A program made the translations under genes and the position numbers. Under the pieces are notes generated by a model, which was not told the origin of the DNA, did no database searches, and saw only the letters and a program-made list of their open reading frames with translations. DNA of 64,000 bases, from IMG/VR virus record IMGVR_UViG_3300035663_000003, positions 1-64,000 of that record. One strand, 5' to 3'. This document shows, in pieces, positions 37,471 to 47,141 of this stretch; within the stretch, counting starts at the first letter, position 1, and each line of letters begins with the position of its first letter. This stretch comes from a virus.

Positions 37471-39438
37471 ATGTTTATCAGGCCTGATATTTTTAATAAT
37501 TCTACCCCTAAGTGGGGTTTCATGTCTGGCCCCAATTCTTTGGGAGAGCTAGTTTACCGAAGAACCTACCGTCGTGAAGAAGAGACATGGGCTGACACGG
37601 TATCTAGATGCGTAAATGGAACTTTTGATATTTTGCAAAATCATTGCAAGCATTACAACCTTCCGTTTGATCACACGCTTGCTTTAAAAGAAGCAGGTGA
37701 AATGGCTCGATTAATCTACAACTTTAAATTTACACCTCCCGGTAGAGGCTTGTGGGTACACGGTACTCCCATTGTAGATAAAGTTGGGTCGATGCCTTTA
37801 ATGAATTGTGCTTTTGTAAGCACTGCAAACATTGCAGAAGACCGTGAAAAGCCTTTTTGTTTTCTAATGGATGTTAGTATGTTGGGAGTTGGTTGTGGCT
37901 TTGACACCGATGGTGCAGGCAAAACAACTTGGACTCCAACTACATCATCACAAGCTTTTCTTATACCCGATTCAAGGGAGGGGTGGGTAGAAGCTCTGGG
38001 CAAGCTTTTACTTTGGGGATTCGGTTTGTATCCAAAACCCCTCTTTGACTATTCTTTGATACGGCCCAAAGGTACTCCTATCCGTGGATTTGGTGGGGTA
38101 GCAGAAGGGCCTGAGCCTCTTAAGTCTTTACTCAAAGACATTGAAACTCTTATTCTTTTGTCTGCTGGAAAGACTATTTCTGTCCGTAATATCGTAGACA
38201 TTATGAATCTTGTAGGGCGTTGCGTAGTTGCAGGTAATATACGCCGTACGGCAGAGATAAGCTTTGGGTCTCCTGACGACCCAGAGTACTTAGATTTAAA
38301 AGATTACTCTAAGAACCCTGAGAGAGCTTCTTACGGCTGGACTAGTAACAACTCTGTTTACGCTCGCTTAGGTATGGACTACTCAGCTATTGCAGAACGC
38401 ACCCGCATTAATGGAGAGCCTGGATATTTTTGGCTTCAAAATGCACAACAGTGGGGAAGAATACAAGGAACTCCTGACAACAAAGACTACCGTGTTAAAG
38501 GATCTAATCCTTGTGTTGAACAACTATTAGAACCTTATGAAGTATGTAACCTTAACGAAACATATCTTCCGCATCACAAAACACTTCCCGAGTTTTTGAA
38601 CACGCTTAAATACGCATTCTTGTATTCAAAAGCTATTACTTTATTACCTACGCACTGGTCTGAAACCAATGCTGTACAACTTCGCAATCGTAGAATTGGT
38701 ACATCTCTTTCTGGTGTAGCTCAGTTCTTAGCGTACAACTCTAAAAAGACTCTTATAGATTGGTGTGAAGCTGGCTATGAAACAGTATCTACCTATGACC
38801 GTATTTATTCTGAATGGTTAGGTGTAAGAGAAAGTATTCGTAAGACCTCGATCAAACCCTCTGGAACAGTTTCACTCCTTGCTGGTTGCACTCCTGGGTG
38901 TCATTATCCCTTGAGAAATTGCTATATCCGGAGGGTTCGATATTCCACACACCTTGCAGATTTAAAAGCTATTAAAGAAGCTGGCTACAAAACCGAGCTA
39001 ATGAAAATGGGAGATCGAGAAGATCCACACACAACAGTGGTAGAGTTTCCTGTTATGGGTGATGTACGTGTAGCTACTGTAGAACACATCTCTGCAAGAG
39101 AACAGCTAGAGCTTGCAGTCTTGTTACAAAAACACTGGGCAGATAACTCCGTATCAGTAACAGTAACTTTTGATCCTGTTACAGAAGGTCCTAATCTTAA
39201 CGCTCTTTTGAAAGAGTTTGAATCACAACTTAAAGCGGTATCATTTTTACCCGCTTTAGAAGAAGGAGCTTACCCTCAGATGCCGTATGAGAGCATAACC
39301 CCTGAGCAATATTTAGAGATGACCAAAGATTTAAAACCAATTCAATGGCCAGAACAAAAATCACATGACATGAACGACGTTGGTTGCGATGGAATAGCTT
39401 GCGAAATAACAGCACAAAAAGAGGAACTAAAAGTATGA
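37471..39438 (+). CDS. nrdJ: Class II (B12-dependent) ribonucleotide reductase, monomeric RTPR type
   Basis: PPGRGLW, NCAF, GNIRRTAEI, NPCVE, CNL.E, IKPSGTVS and C-terminal GCDGIAC. AGGA RBS before ATG 37471. Confidence 0.93.
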   Translation: MFIRPDIFNNSTPKWGFMSGPNSLGELVYRRTYRREEETWADTVSRCVNGTFDILQNHCKHYNLPFDHTLALKEAGEMARLIYNFKFTPPGRGLWVHGTPIVDKVGSMPLMNCAFVSTANIAEDREKPFCFLMDVSMLGVGCGFDTDGAGKTTWTPTTSSQAFLIPDSREGWVEALGKLLLWGFGLYPKPLFDYSLIRPKGTPIRGFGGVAEGPEPLKSLLKDIETLILLSAGKTISVRNIVDIMNLVGRCVVAGNIRRTAEISFGSPDDPEYLDLKDYSKNPERASYGWTSNNSVYARLGMDYSAIAERTRINGEPGYFWLQNAQQWGRIQGTPDNKDYRVKGSNPCVEQLLEPYEVCNLNETYLPHHKTLPEFLNTLKYAFLYSKAITLLPTHWSETNAVQLRNRRIGTSLSGVAQFLAYNSKKTLIDWCEAGYETVSTYDRIYSEWLGVRESIRKTSIKPSGTVSLLAGCTPGCHYPLRNCYIRRVRYSTHLADLKAIKEAGYKTELMKMGDREDPHTTVVEFPVMGDVRVATVEHISAREQLELAVLLQKHWADNSVSVTVTFDPVTEGPNLNALLKEFESQLKAVSFLPALEEGAYPQMPYESITPEQYLEMTKDLKPIQWPEQKSHDMNDVGCDGIACEITAQKEELKV

Positions 39439-40040
39439 GTGCATTTACTGGTGGTATGAACCCTAATATGAACCCTAATATGAATCCAAACTTTAATCCG
39501 ATGATGGGCGGGATGAATCCTAACATGCAGGGTATGAACCCTATGATGCCGGGAATGAATCCTAATATGCAAAGTGGACAAAACCAAGGACCGCCTCCTC
39601 TTAAATACAAACTGTTTTCATTAACAGCTAAAGCTCCATTTAAAACGTATGCTTCAGATGCAGGCTTTGATCTTTCTTCTTGTGAAGATGGTGTTATTCA
39701 GCCCGGAGAAATTGCTAAAAAAATAAATACGGGAGTAGGGTTTGAACTCCCTACAGGACTCTTTGGTTTAATTCGTGATAGATCTTCTCTTGCTGCACAA
39801 GGCTTAGTTATTACTGGCGGTGTGATTGATACTGATTACCGTGGTGAAATTGTAATCATGCTTACCAACATGGGTAAAGAACCCTTCACCTATAAAGCTG
39901 GTGATCGTATTGCACAGGTAATAATTTTGCCCTGCGGCTTCTTTAACTTTGTAGATGCTGCAACGCTTGATACTACTGCTCGTGCAGCCGGAGGATTTGG
40001 ATCAACTGGATCTGCAACCCCTGCAACCACAACCAAATAA
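39435..40040 (+). CDS. dut: Trimeric dUTPase with N-terminal Met/Asn/Pro low-complexity extension
   Basis: DAGFDL, RSSLA, GGVIDTDYRGEI, GDRIAQ and R.AGGFGSTG. ATGA coupling to nrdJ. Confidence 0.95.
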   Translation: MSAFTGGMNPNMNPNMNPNFNPMMGGMNPNMQGMNPMMPGMNPNMQSGQNQGPPPLKYKLFSLTAKAPFKTYASDAGFDLSSCEDGVIQPGEIAKKINTGVGFELPTGLFGLIRDRSSLAAQGLVITGGVIDTDYRGEIVIMLTNMGKEPFTYKAGDRIAQVIILPCGFFNFVDAATLDTTARAAGGFGSTGSATPATTTK

Positions 40041-40094
40041 ATAATTGTTATTGGTACAGTTGTTTTAGTTTTTAACCCCTAGTAAAGGAATGCT

Positions 40095-40367
40095 ATGAAG
40101 TCCAAAAGTAAAAAGTCTGCAATCAAACAAAACCTTGAAAAGAAGACAGCATCTAAACAAACGTTGCCACCAACAGGTGGAAATGTAAGTCTTGTTCTTG
40201 GAGCAGTTCTTCAATTTGAAGATGGCGGTGGTATGCAATTTCAAGAACCTGTTTATTTTAAACCCGAAAAGCAAATGACTAAAGAAGCTGTAATTAAATC
40301 TTTGCGAGATTCTGTTGCAGCTCTTGAATATGAAATCTCACGTCAAATTACACAGAGGTCTGTATGA
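40095..40367 (+). CDS. Hypothetical protein
   Basis: AAGGA RBS. ATGA coupling to the next gene. Confidence 0.55.
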   Translation: MKSKSKKSAIKQNLEKKTASKQTLPPTGGNVSLVLGAVLQFEDGGGMQFQEPVYFKPEKQMTKEAVIKSLRDSVAALEYEISRQITQRSV

Positions 40368-40876
40368 ACCAAGATCTGTTCTTAGGAATAGATCCGGGAT
40401 TGGGGGGAGCGTTTGCTATAGTGGATATATCAGGTGGGGTCCGCTATGCCTCCCCCTTCTCATTACTTGTTGAAAACCATAAAAAGGTTTTAGACTGTAA
40501 AGATTTGTATCTTCAAATAACAAGATTTACATCTCGAATTAATACCTGTGCAATAGAACAGGTTCATGCTATGCCTAAACAAGGTGTAGTATCAACTTTT
40601 TCTTTTGGACGTGGTTTTGGATCACTCATTTGTTTGTTAGATGTTTTATACATTCCATTTGAACAAGTCACATCTCAAAGATGGAAACGAAAACTTTTTG
40701 GTTATACGACCCCTGACAAAAAGAAAAGTATTGAGTTTGCTAAGTCTCTTGAAAATGGTTCAAAGTATTTGATCCCAGAAAGAAGAAGAACAGAACACGA
40801 CGGTGTTGCTGATGCCATATGCTTGGCTGAATACTGCCGTCTTATTACAATCAAAGGTAAACAACATGTCGAATAA
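40364..40876 (+). CDS. RuvC-like Holliday junction resolvase
   Basis: LGIDPG..GA, IEQVHAMPKQGV.STFSFG, WK and HDGVADA..LA. Confidence 0.88.
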   Translation: MNQDLFLGIDPGLGGAFAIVDISGGVRYASPFSLLVENHKKVLDCKDLYLQITRFTSRINTCAIEQVHAMPKQGVVSTFSFGRGFGSLICLLDVLYIPFEQVTSQRWKRKLFGYTTPDKKKSIEFAKSLENGSKYLIPERRRTEHDGVADAICLAEYCRLITIKGKQHVE

Positions 40877-41159
40877 TGATGAGCCTTTAGACGAGCCAGA
40901 TCGAGTTCGTATGTTTGACGAAGCGTCTGGATTTATTGCAGACAACTATCCAAGAGCTTTACGAATATTTTATTCTAAATGTTTTTCTGAAGGTTTTACT
41001 CCTGACCAGTGTATGAGTCTAGTTGGAAAGTATTTTGAGATGATACTAACCAACACCGCTATGGGAAGACCCGATAACGACGATGGTGATGAAGTAGATA
41101 TGGACGACGATGATAGTAGTGACAGTGATAGTGACAGTGATGAACGCTGGAAATTATAA
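40866..41159 (+). CDS. Hypothetical protein with acidic tail
   Basis: EGFT.DQ..SLV motif and a D/S-rich C-terminus. Confidence 0.55.
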   Translation: MSNNDEPLDEPDRVRMFDEASGFIADNYPRALRIFYSKCFSEGFTPDQCMSLVGKYFEMILTNTAMGRPDNDDGDEVDMDDDDSSDSDSDSDERWKL

Positions 41160-41168
41160 GGAGCCTTT

Positions 41169-41528
41169 ATGAAAAGTGATTGCTTTTTACATTGGATAAC
41201 TCAATTATTAATTTGGCATTGGGAAACTCAAAGCTATGCACAACATGTAGCTTTTGATAACGCTTACAAATCTTTTAAAAAGTTAATAGATAAATACATA
41301 GAAGTGTACCAAGGAAAAAATCCAAGGTTAGCTTTACCAGATTTTGAACAATGCCCATCTTACGGAAACGTTAATAGTTGCCCTGAGCAAATCTTGTGGT
41401 TTAAGTCTTACCTTATGATTGATCTTGTTCAAGACATAGATAAAACACAAGACACCGACTTACTAACAATAAGAGATGAGATGCTTTCAGAACTTAATCA
41501 TTTAAGTTATCTATTAACGCTTCGATAA
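41169..41528 (+). CDS. Ferritin/Dps-like four-helix protein (DUF5856-like)
   Basis: HW.T.SYAQH.A, ID.YIE.YQG and L..IRDEML..LN...YLLTL. Confidence 0.75.
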   Translation: MKSDCFLHWITQLLIWHWETQSYAQHVAFDNAYKSFKKLIDKYIEVYQGKNPRLALPDFEQCPSYGNVNSCPEQILWFKSYLMIDLVQDIDKTQDTDLLTIRDEMLSELNHLSYLLTLR

Positions 41529-41613
41529 ATTTAGTATATTACAGACGGCTAATATCTTTTTGATATACCGTCAGGCCTGACCTGACTCCCCCCGTTAAAA
41601 AGGAGTAGGTCCA

Positions 41614-42105
41614 ATGTTACCCCCTGACAACCTATCACCTGAGATTTCGGATAAGATTGCCGTGGCTGTAATAGCAAAGGTAGCGGACATCGACAAACTT
41701 CTTCTTCTTGAAATGGCTTCTGGCTCTGAAGACCTTTGGACATATGAAGATTTTGAAAACCTATTTAAAAAGAATGAACTTAAGATAGTCCTTCTCGAGT
41801 ATGACAAATCCCCTATATGTTATATCGCTTTAGAGATAAACGAAAAGAAAAAAGAAGTTGTTATCTGGTCTATGACTGTACACCCAAAAATGCGTAGACG
41901 TGGTAACGGTTCAGCTATGCTTAAATGGGCTAAAGACTTTTCAAAGACTCAATACGATCCCTGCAAAATAACTTCTGTAGTTAGAGAATCCGATTTAGTT
42001 GCCCATTTGTTTTTAAAAGAAAACGCTTTTAAGTGCGTTAAGATTTTAAAAAATATATACGAGTGTCCAACAGAAAATGGATACTTGTTTGAATACACGA
42101 CTTGA
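41614..42105 (+). CDS. RimI-like GNAT acetyltransferase
   Basis: W..EDF, VHP..RRRG.GS, VRE.DL.A.LF....F and Y....ENGY.F.Y. Confidence 0.8.
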   Translation: MLPPDNLSPEISDKIAVAVIAKVADIDKLLLLEMASGSEDLWTYEDFENLFKKNELKIVLLEYDKSPICYIALEINEKKKEVVIWSMTVHPKMRRRGNGSAMLKWAKDFSKTQYDPCKITSVVRESDLVAHLFLKENAFKCVKILKNIYECPTENGYLFEYTT

Positions 42106-42130
42106 CATATCTTTGTACTCCGATTATCCT
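42102..42130 (+). promoter_or_regulatory. sigma70-like promoter for the terminase genes
   Basis: TTGACA-17 bp-TATCCT. Confidence 0.65.
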
Positions 42131-42180
42131 AGATAAATCACCAGTTCGTACCTTATAGGTACTGAAGAGGGAGATTATTT

Positions 42181-42723
42181 GTGTCTAAGAAACAGATAAC
42201 GGAAACGCATCCTTACCCAAATGCGATTATTGATGCCCAACAAACCATGCAGATAATGCAGCTTCGTGTTGCAGGCTGGTCGGTGTGGCAGATAGCAGAT
42301 CACTTAGGAGTAAGCACTCCTACAATCCACAATCAAATCGTGGAGCAACTTACAACTTGGCGTGACATGACTCAGGAGATGTCTACAGAACTCCGTGAGT
42401 TAGAGCTACAACGACTTGATGAATTTCTCCGCGCCCTTTGGCCTAAATGTCAATTAGGTAATCCCCGTGCAATTGAAACCGCTTTAAAAGTTTCTGAGCG
42501 ACGTGCAAAGCTTATGGGCCTTGACGCTCCCGAAAAGCGTGAAGTAACTCTAGACGCTTCGGTACAAACCCTCAACCACAACGAGCTTGTTGCGGAGTAC
42601 ACCCGATTAGGATTACCACTTTACAATGAAACAGAAATCCTTTCCTATCAACTCCCCGACAAAGATGCAAAAGAACTCATCAAACGACATACGAGCAATA
42701 CAAAACTCGAAGACGACATTTGA
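42181..42723 (+). CDS. terS: Terminase small subunit
   Basis: HTH LRVAGWS..QIA..LG, then LELQRLD and ERRAKLMGLDAP. Directly upstream of TerL. Confidence 0.8.
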   Translation: MSKKQITETHPYPNAIIDAQQTMQIMQLRVAGWSVWQIADHLGVSTPTIHNQIVEQLTTWRDMTQEMSTELRELELQRLDEFLRALWPKCQLGNPRAIETALKVSERRAKLMGLDAPEKREVTLDASVQTLNHNELVAEYTRLGLPLYNETEILSYQLPDKDAKELIKRHTSNTKLEDDI

Positions 42724-44167
42724 GCTGCGTAGAGGATTGCAACAAGCATACCTCTTAGCAGAGTCAGCTTCTTCAACTTCTTGTTTTCGTTATCTCAATC
42801 ACGTCATCATTGACTCACGTCCAGATCCTACTTTGTTTCGAGAAATTGCAGAACCATGGCAATGGGCTCTTGTTAACAAGATCCTCCCTGCAATAGAGCA
42901 CGTAGCGAACATACGACCAGACTATGCAGCCCACCGAAACTTTTGGCTTACTCTTCCCAAAGGTCACGACAAATCTTCTCTCATAGCAAGGCTTATCAAC
43001 TGGGCCTTAGCCTTTAACACCCGCTCCTTTACCGGATACGTTGCAGCAGCCGACAAAGAGCAAGCAGGCTTATTAGCTAAAGCCATGCAAGATGAATCCC
43101 GCCTTAATCCTTGGCTTGCTAAACGACTGGACTTTCGCAATTGGAAGATCCACGGCATTAACGGCTCCTCTATTGAGATCCTTGCAGCAGACGCTGCTTC
43201 TTCTCACGGTATTCGTGGTGACCTTCTCATTGTGGATGAGCTAACCCATTGGCATAAACCAGACCTATGGAACGCTCTTCTTTCCGGTAGAGAGAAACGA
43301 CCAGGCTCAGTCCTTATAGTTATCACCAACGCAGGCCTTAAGTACACATGGCAACATGACACGCTTGAAACTTTTAAGTCTTCCCCCCGCTGGTTTGTTT
43401 ACGAAGCACCGGGCAAGCTAGCTTCATGGATGGACTCCGCAGCTATGGATGACCTTCGTCGAACCGTACCGCCTCAGTTAGCTCGCCGTTTATTTGATAA
43501 TGAGTGGGTTGATCCGTCTGATGGTTGCAACTTTCTTACACGTAAAGAAGTTGATGAGTGTGTATCTAATGACTATACACCCCACGTTATTGGACAAAGC
43601 GGAGTCTCCTATATTGCCTCAATTGACTACGGTCCAGTACGTGATCGAACTGTATGCACCCTTATACACCGCAATGAAGATGACACCCTTCATGTAGATC
43701 GCATGGACGTTATGCAGGGTTCTCGAGAAAACCCTGTTAAGATTGAAGCCGTTGAACGCTGGATAGATGACATTCGATCTAAGTATGAACTTACCTCTTT
43801 AGTAATTGACCCTTACCAAATGGAATCCACGTTTCAGAAGTTTACAGGAACGCTTCCTGTTCATAAGTTTGAAGCTCGCGGTGGCAAGTCTAACTATGAG
43901 ATGGCTCAAACAGTAAGATCTTTAGTCGTTAATAAAAAGCTTTTCTGGTATCCCGATTGCGGAACAATCTTTATACAAGGCGGTGGAAAGCACACTTTAG
44001 TTGATGAGTTTTGCGAACTCATTACCAAAGTAATGTCTTATGGTTTTAGGATTGATCATCTACCTAATCGACATGATGACCGTGCTATCTCTTTAGGGAT
44101 GGCCTGCTTAGAAGCTCTCCGTGTTAGACCCAAAAAGAAACTCTTTCTTGAAGGCGAATACTTTTAA
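42626..44167 (+). CDS. terL: Terminase large subunit (start uncertain)
   Basis: Walker A-like LPKGHDKS, AADKEQA, Walker B LIVDE, ITNAG, nuclease IDYG..D and HDD. Confidence 0.88.
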   Translation: MKQKSFPINSPTKMQKNSSNDIRAIQNSKTTFELRRGLQQAYLLAESASSTSCFRYLNHVIIDSRPDPTLFREIAEPWQWALVNKILPAIEHVANIRPDYAAHRNFWLTLPKGHDKSSLIARLINWALAFNTRSFTGYVAAADKEQAGLLAKAMQDESRLNPWLAKRLDFRNWKIHGINGSSIEILAADAASSHGIRGDLLIVDELTHWHKPDLWNALLSGREKRPGSVLIVITNAGLKYTWQHDTLETFKSSPRWFVYEAPGKLASWMDSAAMDDLRRTVPPQLARRLFDNEWVDPSDGCNFLTRKEVDECVSNDYTPHVIGQSGVSYIASIDYGPVRDRTVCTLIHRNEDDTLHVDRMDVMQGSRENPVKIEAVERWIDDIRSKYELTSLVIDPYQMESTFQKFTGTLPVHKFEARGGKSNYEMAQTVRSLVVNKKLFWYPDCGTIFIQGGGKHTLVDEFCELITKVMSYGFRIDHLPNRHDDRAISLGMACLEALRVRPKKKLFLEGEYF

Positions 44168-44181
44168 TAAAGGAAAGCATC

Positions 44182-44841
44182 ATGGCAAAAAAGAAACCTA
44201 ATACCTCTGCATCCCTCAACGAAACGGTATTTCATTTCAAACCCGCCAACCCAACCCAAATTAAAGTAGCCAAAGACTACCCAACTCACGACCTCATCTT
44301 TCTGACTGGCCCTGCTGGTTGTGGCAAGACGCACTGTGCCTTAGCTTGTGCTATCCAAGAACTTTTATCTGGAAACAAAAAACAAATCTTAGTAGTTCGA
44401 CCTATCGTAGAGGTTGGTGACACTCTAGGCTTTTTGCCTGGTACTGTAGACGAAAAAATCAGCCCGTACTTTGATCCAATACGTCGGTTAATAAAAAGAT
44501 TAACCTACAAATTGCCGGAAGAAGCCGTGCTCTTTCAGCCCTTAGCCTACATGCGTGGCGACACTTTTGAAGACTGCGTACTCTTTTTAGACGAAGCTCA
44601 AAACGCAACTTACGCTCAACTCAAAATGTTTCTTACCCGTGTAGGCAACAACAGCAAAGTCCTTATCTCATGTGACCCTGATCAAACTGATGTAAAACCA
44701 CACAACCCTGACAAAACATCTTGTGACATACTTAGCGTAATGAAACGCTTGTCTTCTTTAGCAACGGCTTGCACACATACATTCACGGAGGAAGAGTCTC
44801 TTCGTCACCCCTTGGTGAGAGAAGTTCTTAAACGGTTATGA
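44182..44841 (+). CDS. phoH: PhoH-family ATPase
   Basis: GPAGCGKT, LGFLPG, LAYMRG.TF, LDEAQN, LTR.G, D..QTD and RHPLV. Confidence 0.93.
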   Translation: MAKKKPNTSASLNETVFHFKPANPTQIKVAKDYPTHDLIFLTGPAGCGKTHCALACAIQELLSGNKKQILVVRPIVEVGDTLGFLPGTVDEKISPYFDPIRRLIKRLTYKLPEEAVLFQPLAYMRGDTFEDCVLFLDEAQNATYAQLKMFLTRVGNNSKVLISCDPDQTDVKPHNPDKTSCDILSVMKRLSSLATACTHTFTEEESLRHPLVREVLKRL

Positions 44842-45032
44842 AAGATCAAAAAAAAAAGACTCCCCATCGTGGGGAGCCTGTGTGGTTTATTTGTGAGTCT
44901 TGCGAAGAATGGTACTGTTCTATCCATGACGAACATGCAAGGGAATGTATCTGTCCTGACATTGAAGATTGGCCTTTTGATCCTCGTACCGGAGATCCTA
45001 CATCTCCACCAGAGAGAGGTATAGCTTTGTAA
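44838..45032 (+). CDS. Small Cys/His-rich protein
   Basis: C..C...C.IH..H...C.CP. ATGA coupling. Confidence 0.55.
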   Translation: MKDQKKKTPHRGEPVWFICESCEEWYCSIHDEHARECICPDIEDWPFDPRTGDPTSPPERGIAL

Positions 45033-45176
45033 CCTTCCCATGTTATAGGCTGGCTACACTATGAGCGAACTATTGCAGGGGCTTATTAAACTCATGACCT
45101 TTGGAATAGAGGTTCATGGCTTTCTTAGGAGCGTAACAAACCTTATTCACATTTTAAGAGAGCTAGGGTATTAGCT

Positions 45177-45428
45177 ATGAGATACATACTATGCTTCTTA
45201 TGTGGTGCGCTATGGACAATGTTCCTTACTATGGAAAAGCATTTTATCTTTAATAACAAGATAGTATACGCTTCCCTGTGTGGCTTTATTATTGCCGTGT
45301 TATCTGTATTCCTATTCAAGTATTACAGTAAGCAAGATGATATCTTTGAAGTGATAGCCTACGCAACGGGTGCAGCTACCGCAACCTTCTTGGTTCTTAC
45401 TTTAATGCAAAGCCGTATACCAAAGTAA
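45177..45428 (+). CDS. Small multi-TM membrane protein
   Basis: Three hydrophobic segments. Confidence 0.55.
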   Translation: MRYILCFLCGALWTMFLTMEKHFIFNNKIVYASLCGFIIAVLSVFLFKYYSKQDDIFEVIAYATGAATATFLVLTLMQSRIPK

Positions 45429-45479
45429 TCGTGTAGCAAACCCTTGTAAAAATAAGCTTTGGTTACTTTAATACAAATC

Positions 45480-45758
45480 TTAATGCCAAGGAGCACGACC
45501 ATTTATTCTGTAATAAAGTCCTAAGAACAAAACAAACACTACAATTCCAACAATGAAAATCATTAATACACGGATACACAATCCTATCAACCTACCCATA
45601 TTTTGCGGTTCTGATTTTTTAACAACATTTGTTCTCGAGTTGTTAGCTTGAGTAAGCATAACTGCGTATATAAGATGAAGTGGTATAGTAATAAACAAGC
45701 CAAAGAACCCGCACAAGAAAGCCAAAATATGAAGTACAACAAAAATAAAATGTCCCAC
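45480..45758 (-). CDS. Membrane protein
   Basis: Two long hydrophobic regions. GTG start with AAGGA RBS. Confidence 0.55.
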   Translation of the reverse strand: MGHFIFVVLHILAFLCGFFGLFITIPLHLIYAVMLTQANNSRTNVVKKSEPQNMGRLIGLCIRVLMIFIVGIVVFVLFLGLYYRINGRAPWH

Positions 45759-45788
45759 TAGTATATCCTTTTAATATTGTATCTAAAT

Positions 45789-45822
45789 AAATAAACCTCA
45801 AGGTTGCCCCCCTGAGGTTTAT
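45789..45822. terminator. Hairpin/terminator
   Basis: AATAAACCTCA...TGAGGTTTATT inverted repeat. Confidence 0.5.
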
Positions 45823-45909
45823 TACTGCCGGAGGACGCCAATCTTCAAGCAGCAATATGACTATACTTCATCTTAAATAGGAATCAATTATTAATAAAAA
45901 AAAATATTA

Positions 45910-46149
45910 TTACTTTTTATTTTTTTTAGATTCTTCAAGTTTTTCTTTTCTAATCTTTTTTTTAATTGCAGGCATAATAAGGCAATTAACATTTCCGTAT
46001 TGTTGGGCAGCTAAAATTAAACCCATCCTAACAGCTTCGGTTCTAGTTGCTTGTTTGTTGTTATGTAGTATGACACCAATTAAAAGGTTGTCATCTTTTG
46101 TTAATCTAATTGGCTCTTTTGGAGTCTTACTTTTAGGCTTTGGTTTCAT
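45910..46149 (-). CDS. Small basic protein, possible RHH DNA-binder
   Basis: PIRLT.DD........TRTEAVR pattern. Confidence 0.4.
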   Translation of the reverse strand: MKPKPKSKTPKEPIRLTKDDNLLIGVILHNNKQATRTEAVRMGLILAAQQYGNVNCLIMPAIKKKIRKEKLEESKKNKK

Positions 46150-46429
46150 TGCTTACATCCCCTTTAGGCTTACAAAGTAAATTTAAATCTCTGGTTAGCT
46201 TATGAATCTTAACAGTATTTTTAAAATGATTTCTGTTGTTATAAATGATATCAAACCTTTCATTTAAAGCTTCAGTTGACATTCTTGAATACGGTGTATA
46301 ATTAGGATTCTTTCCGCTAAGTACAGAACAAACAAATTCGTAATTAGTATTTTTTATACTGTCTTGAATATTTATAATATCTATTGCCATTAAAAAATTA
46401 ATCTTTTCTTCTGGTGTAAACTCAGTCAT
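46133..46429 (-). CDS. Hypothetical protein
   Basis: 98-aa ORF. Confidence 0.5.
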   Translation of the reverse strand: MTEFTPEEKINFLMAIDIINIQDSIKNTNYEFVCSVLSGKNPNYTPYSRMSTEALNERFDIIYNNRNHFKNTVKIHKLTRDLNLLCKPKGDVSNETKA

Positions 46430-46597
46430 CTTTTTAAATACCCCTTAAGAGTTTGTAACTACAAGACTCAACTAGACTACCATATTCAAAAGCCAATGCA
46501 AGCATAGCAAAAAACCGCATGGCAAACCCCTATAAACATTGGCTTTGCTCTATGATCACGAAACAGATTTCGGGATGATAGTTTTAAATTAGGATTG

Positions 46598-46975
46598 TTA
46601 AACATTGTTCCAATCCTTTTCAATTTGAAGTGCTTCATAAACCGTTTTCATGTTTACTTCTTTTCCCCATTTGCTTTGCACATAGCATCGCATTGCTGCA
46701 ACAAGAGGAGTAGCTCCAACGTTACGTACGTCTTTGATGTGTCCCCACCAGCCTAGTTCCGTAGCAAACCAAGGGAAGGAGATACCAGTGAGTGCAATGT
46801 TCTCTCGTTCAATAATACCCCCTGCTTCTTCCCAGTTTGTTGAAGGACTGTACCTACTATGTGGGTTGTAGTTACAATCAAAGGTATAGCAATCTTCATC
46901 TACATCAACTGCTTCAAGTTGGGCTACTACAAAGTCTAGCTCTATACCTATAAGGTCGCAGGTTTTAATTATCAT
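46598..46975 (-). CDS. NinX/DUF2591-like phage protein
   Basis: L.G.ELD..VA, YSPSTNW...G.IIERENI and G.TPLVAAMRCYV.SK.G. Confidence 0.8.
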   Translation of the reverse strand: MIIKTCDLIGIELDFVVAQLEAVDVDEDCYTFDCNYNPHSRYSPSTNWEEAGGIIERENIALTGISFPWFATELGWWGHIKDVRNVGATPLVAAMRCYVQSKWGKEVNMKTVYEALQIEKDWNNV

Positions 46976-47141
46976 TTTTAACCTTTATGTTTTTTATAAA
47001 GTCTTGATAAGACAAAGTATCTCGCACCCCTGCTTTATAACCTTCTTTAAATATTGCTTCATATCCAGCAGCTATAGAAGGGTCATCAAAAAGTTTTTTA
47101 TATTTTTCAAAAGCATCATTTTCATTCATCTTTATCTCCTG

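Noticed and set aside
39230-39610. Antisense repetitive ORFs (GFIPG/HIRV repeats)
   Set aside because: Shadows of the MNP repeat of the dUTPase gene.
35208-44167. Inteins or introns in polA, nrdJ or terL
   Set aside because: The ORFs are continuous and of ordinary length, with no splicing motifs noticed.
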